From the NCBI GenBank assembly GCA_019749935.1, contig JAIEPD010000002.1:10892-74891 (forward strand): a stretch of DNA of 64,000 bases. Direction: 5' to 3'. This stretch comes from Alphaproteobacteria bacterium. GTDB taxonomy: Bacteria > Pseudomonadota > Alphaproteobacteria > Paracaedibacterales > CAIULA01. How positions within the stretch are numbered: position 1 is the stretch's first letter; every line of letters begins with the position of its first letter. The notes beneath the pieces were generated by a model. That model made no database searches. It saw nothing but the letters and a program-made list of their open reading frames with translations, and was not told the origin of the DNA. Shown in pieces: positions 60,015-64,000 of the stretch. The position numbers and the translations under genes are program-made.

Positions 60015-61388
60015 ATGCAGTCTAAATTATTTGGAACAGATGGTGTGCGCGGTCAAGCAAACTCTTGGCCCATGTCACCCGATGTCATTTTAAAATTAGC
60101 CATGGCTTCGTCCCATTATTTTATGAAAAAAATGCCAAACGAATGGATCCATGGTGATCATCGCTTTATGGTGGTGATTGGAAAAGATACACGCCTGTCT
60201 GGATATATGGTGGAAGCAGCTCTTATGGCAGGATTTGTTGCAATGGGAGCTGATGTGGTCTTGTTAGGGCCGCTACCGACTCCAGCTGTTTCGATGCTGA
60301 CCCGTTCTTTAAGGGCAAATTTAGGAGTTATGATTTCAGCTTCCCATAATCCATTCGAAGATAACGGGATTAAGTTTTTTACAGCAGACGGTTATAAACT
60401 TTCGGCAGAAGATGAAACAAAAGTAGAGGCACTTGTTGCATCAGACATTCCTTTAGCCTCATCTGGAAAAGTGGGTAAAGCAAAACGCCTTGATGACGCT
60501 GCAGGCCGATATATTGAATTTGCAAAGGCGACTTTTCCAAGAGGCCAGCGCCTTGATGGTTTGAAAATAGTTTTAGACTGTGCGAATGGTGCGGGTTATA
60601 AAGTTGCCCCCAAGGTTTTATGGGAGCTAGGGGCAGATGTAATTCCAATAGGAATTGAGCCTAATGGATTAAACATCAATAAGGATTGCGGTGCTACATC
60701 TCTTGATTTAATCAAAAAAAGAGTCCTAGAGGAAAAAGCAGATCTTGGTATTGCTTTGGATGGCGATGCCGATCGTTTGATCATGATCGATGAGAATGGG
60801 GCAACTTTGGATGGTGATCAATTAATGGCTTTAATTGCCACCGTTTGGCTTGCAAATGGATCTTTGAAAGGTGAGGGGGTTGTTTCTACTGTTATGTCTA
60901 ACCTTGGCTTTGAAAGATATTTGCAAAAGAAAGATCTAACCCTTCATAGAGCCTCAGTTGGCGATCGCAGTGTTTTAGAAATGATGAAAGAAACAGGTTG
61001 CAATATAGGCGGAGAGCAATCAGGACATATTATCCTCAGCGACTATGTTACAACAGGTGATGGACTCATTGCGGCTCTTCAGGTTTTAAGCTTATTACAA
61101 AAAAGCAAATGTAAGGTTAGCGAGTTGGCATCAACCTTTATCCCTGTTCCCCAAATTTTGAAGAACATGCGTATTTCCAAAAAAATAGATCTCGACTCCC
61201 CTTCAATGTCCCGTGCTATTCAAGGAGCAGAGCAAGAGCTGGGGGACTCAGGGCGCCTACTCGTAAGAGCTTCTGGAACAGAGCCCTTAATTCGCATTAT
61301 GGCACAAGGTGACGACCAAAACTTACTTTTAAAAATTGTCCATAATTTAGCCGAAATAATCAAGGGGTGCGGGAATCTAGCGGCCTAA
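60015..61388 (+). CDS. glmM: phosphoglucosamine mutase
   Basis: 457 aa. Active-site Ser motif SASHNPFEDNGIKFF, metal-binding DGDADR, and GEQSGH. Confidence 0.95.
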   Translation: MQSKLFGTDGVRGQANSWPMSPDVILKLAMASSHYFMKKMPNEWIHGDHRFMVVIGKDTRLSGYMVEAALMAGFVAMGADVVLLGPLPTPAVSMLTRSLRANLGVMISASHNPFEDNGIKFFTADGYKLSAEDETKVEALVASDIPLASSGKVGKAKRLDDAAGRYIEFAKATFPRGQRLDGLKIVLDCANGAGYKVAPKVLWELGADVIPIGIEPNGLNINKDCGATSLDLIKKRVLEEKADLGIALDGDADRLIMIDENGATLDGDQLMALIATVWLANGSLKGEGVVSTVMSNLGFERYLQKKDLTLHRASVGDRSVLEMMKETGCNIGGEQSGHIILSDYVTTGDGLIAALQVLSLLQKSKCKVSELASTFIPVPQILKNMRISKKIDLDSPSMSRAIQGAEQELGDSGRLLVRASGTEPLIRIMAQGDDQNLLLKIVHNLAEIIKGCGNLAA

Positions 61389-61451
61389 CAAATAGATATC
61401 ATTTTTATACATTAAAAGATATATTATCAAAAAGATCTATTTTTTGGTCCC

Positions 61452-62600
61452 TTGGTGACACAGCTAAATTATCTAAACGCTGAAAACCAACGTTGGTTTT
61501 TGTGGTGGCCCGTCGGGATGGGGGTAGGGATCGCTGCTTATTTTGCGCTACCTTTTGAACCTCATGTAATCTCTACTCTTTTTATATTCTTGTGCGTATC
61601 CGCTAGCCTTATTTGGAATCTTTATTATTTTCGGCATACCTCATTTCAAAATGAAACATCCATTCGTTTTTTTCTTTATGGATTCTTAAGCATAATTATT
61701 GGCTTTGCAGTTGCCAAAATTCGGGCAGATATGCTCTCAACACCTATGCTGACTCATCAAATAAATGAGGTTTTTATAACCGGTACGATAAAAGATATAG
61801 AACATCCTCCTTACAAAAAAGGCAATAAGAGAAGGATCCTTTTGAACGATGTATCCTATGAAGAAAAGAAAAAAGGACTGCCACATGCAGTCCGTCTAAA
61901 TATTGCCGATCATCTTATTGAAGGAAAACCAGGTGACGTGGTCAAATGTAAGGCAGATCTTATACCGATATCATTCCCTTCAAGCTTATATGGTTATGAT
62001 TTTCAGTTACAGGCTTATTTTGCTGGGATCGGCGCTGTTGGAAGAGTCAAAAAATCTTGTGTGTTGATTAAGGCCGCTGAGCATACGCTTCTGTCGCGAC
62101 TTAGGTATCAATTAACTCAAAATCTGAGAAAGATGATGCCCGGTGTTAATGGGCAAATTGCAGCGGCCTTAGTAACTGGAGATCGTTCAGGAATACCGAA
62201 AGATGTCAGACAAAATTTTATAGATGCTGGAATTGCTCATATTTTAGCAATTTCTGGTCTTCATATCAGTCTGGTTGCAGGGCTTATTTTTTTGATTGTA
62301 AGAAGAGGATTCGCATTGATTCCCTTTTTTGCGGAACGATTTTTTGTTAAAAAATGGGCAGCAATTGTATCTGTTTTTGCGACAAGCGGTTATTTAGCAA
62401 TCTCCGGCTTTGGTTTTCCAGCTCAAAGGGCGTTTTTTATGACAGCTCTTGTTATGATAGGCATTTGCATAGATCGAAATCCAATATCAATGCGCTCTCT
62501 TTCTCTTGCAGCTACCCTTATTTTGTTTCTTTTTCCAGAGAGTCTGTTATGGGGCATGACAATCAATGGAAGGAAAAGTTACTCTAAGCTCCTATCATAA
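61452..62600 (+). pseudogene. comEC: ComEC/Rec2-family competence protein, truncated by a Tn3-family insertion
   Basis: The 382-aa ORF has the ComEC competence-domain block (GIAHILAISGLHISLVAGL). It runs into the transposon IR at 62551 and terminates 15 codons later. The distal competence domain and the metallo-beta-lactamase domain are missing. Confidence 0.75.
62551..62588 (+). repeat. Tn3-family 38-bp terminal inverted repeat
   Basis: GGGGCATGACAATCAATGGAAGGAAAAGTTACTCTAAG matches 28 of 38 positions of the Tn3 IR as I recall it (GGGGTCTGACGCTCAGTGGAACGAAAACTCACGTTAAG). This includes the GGGG outer and TAAG inner ends. Confidence 0.85.
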
Positions 62601-62606
62601 GAGCTA

Positions 62607-64000
62607 CTATAATTCCTTGGGCAGGTTTAAAGGTCTAAGAGCCCCTTCTTCGACTGATTCAGGAAGTAAAAATGAGAACTGCCCTAGAAAATTAATATGT
62701 TTTCTTACCAAAGGCGACAATTTTGCTTCATCCTCACTTTTAATGATTTCACCTTTGGCGCGTAAGTGATCTAGTGCTGCTTGTATGTAAACGGTATTCC
62801 AAAGAACGATAGCATTTGTTGCTAAACTCAGAGCATTCAGCTGGTCTTCTTGTCCTTCTCTATATTTTTCATGAATTTCACCTCGACGGCCATGATAAAC
62901 AGTGCGCGCTAAGCTGTGACGGCTTTCTCCTTTATTAAGCTGAATGAGGATATGGCGACGGTACTCTTCGTCATTAATGTAATTTAATAAATGAATCGTC
63001 TTAATAATACGTCCTAAATTCATTAAGGCTTTGGCTAAACCCGAAGGTCTATTTTTTCTAAATAAAGAACGAATTAAATCTGACGCACTGACGTGTCCGA
63101 GCTTCAATGAAACTGCAACACGTAAGATATCTTCCCAGTGTTTCCTTATAGAAGCCTCGCTAATCTTATGTCTTGAAATATCATTCAGCTTGCCATAGTC
63201 AGCCTTGGGATCAATTCTCCAAAACCGTGTTTTACCAATATCAGCTAGCCGTGGACTAAACTGGTATCCTAACAACCAGAATAAGGCAAAAATAATCTCA
63301 CTAGCACCGACTGTATCCGTCATGATTTCTTTTGGATCAAGGCTTGTCTGTTGATCTTGCAGCCCATCAAGTAAATATAGAGAATCTCTAAGAGTGCCCG
63401 TAATGATGAGCCCATAAAATCCTGCTCCTTGATCCGAGGAAAAATTGTAATAGGTTATCCCTCTTTTAGTACCATAATATTTTCTATTGGGGCCTGAGTT
63501 GACGGTTTTCACAGCGCACACGAATCGCAATCCATCTGCTGAAGCGACATCACCCGTTCCCATCTTTAAGGCTAAGGGGAGTTTGGAGTGATAATCGACT
63601 AAACAAGCATTTACTTTTGCTAATGTCTCAGCGCGGATATAATTTTGCTGTACCCAACTTAAACGGTTCCGTTGTAGCTCAGGAATATCCTCATTGATAA
63701 TTGGCTCTAATCCTATATTGCAAGAGTCGGCCATCAATACGGCACATAAGCTGACTTCAATTCCGGATAAACGATCCCCTGTGTCACTAATATGGGTGCA
63801 TTCTTGGGTAAATTTTGTCATCCGATCCACTTCCAATAATAACTGTGGAAAATCAATAGTAGGTAATAACTTAGCGACTTTACTCTTTAAGGCTTTTAGA
63901 CTTTCTGATTCGTCAATTTTTTCTAACCTTGAGAGTTTAATTTTGTCATGACCTTTAATATCTTTGATAATTTCGACAGCCTCATTTTCTGGTAATCGTT
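62607..64000 (-). CDS. tnpA: Tn3-family transposase, C-terminal DDE part (N-terminus outside window)
   Basis: The tracked ORF is 409 aa, but the frame stays open upstream to position 64000 (..LPENEAVEIIKDIKGHDKIKLSRLEKIDES..LLLEVDRMTKF..). Tn3 DDE-domain blocks: ADGLRF, YYGTKRGITYYNF.SDQ, TDTVGASEIIFALFWLLGYQFSPRLADI, LNKGESRHSLARTV, NAIVLWNT. Confidence 0.9.
   Translation of the reverse strand, partial: RLPENEAVEIIKDIKGHDKIKLSRLEKIDESESLKALKSKVAKLLPTIDFPQLLLEVDRMTKFTQECTHISDTGDRLSGIEVSLCAVLMADSCNIGLEPIINEDIPELQRNRLSWVQQNYIRAETLAKVNACLVDYHSKLPLALKMGTGDVASADGLRFVCAVKTVNSGPNRKYYGTKRGITYYNFSSDQGAGFYGLIITGTLRDSLYLLDGLQDQQTSLDPKEIMTDTVGASEIIFALFWLLGYQFSPRLADIGKTRFWRIDPKADYGKLNDISRHKISEASIRKHWEDILRVAVSLKLGHVSASDLIRSLFRKNRPSGLAKALMNLGRIIKTIHLLNYINDEEYRRHILIQLNKGESRHSLARTVYHGRRGEIHEKYREGQEDQLNALSLATNAIVLWNTVYIQAALDHLRAKGEIIKSEDEAKLSPLVRKHINFLGQFSFLLPESVEEGALRPLNLPKEL

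Larger units (their letters stand above)
62551..64000 (-). mobile_element. Tn3-family transposon, one end only (continues beyond window)
   Basis: A terminal IR is followed 19 bp inward by the stop codon of a Tn3-type transposase reading toward the IR. Confidence 0.85.

Overview
AT-rich, gene-dense bacterial chromosome segment with about 55 protein genes and 2 tRNAs. The housekeeping content fits an alphaproteobacterium: class I LysRS, 5-aminolevulinate synthase plus hemC, rpmI-rplT-pheST-lepA, gltX, trpS, tsaD, gpsA, efp, rpsU, ftsH-glmM, serC, def, xseA and suhB. Orphan signal-peptide, repeat and Sel1 proteins and MITE-like repeats are interspersed among these genes. That fits a host-associated (Rickettsiales/Holosporales-like) lifestyle, but the taxonomic reading is inference only. 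Non-core content: (i) a palindromic ~127-bp MITE-like repeat family with at least four copies (14948-15130, 40500-40574, 40749-40875, 49692-49819); (ii) a separate 155-bp element with perfect 13-bp terminal inverted repeats (30012-30166); (iii) a Tn3-family transposon whose 38-bp terminal IR (62551-62588) interrupts comEC and whose transposase runs off the window end; (iv) orphan secreted proteins with perfect in-frame tandem repeats; (v) decay signatures, namely a frameshifted SDR gene and a single in-frame TAG splitting a secreted Sel1-repeat gene; (vi) a tandem GNAT duplication that copied the 3' end of uup. I do not see a coherent multi-gene novel system: there is no CRISPR array and no recognisable defence, secretion-machinery or biosynthetic cluster. 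The best candidates for new biology are the orphan secreted-protein loci at 36.9-42.8 kb and 50.5-57.9 kb and the two repeat families.
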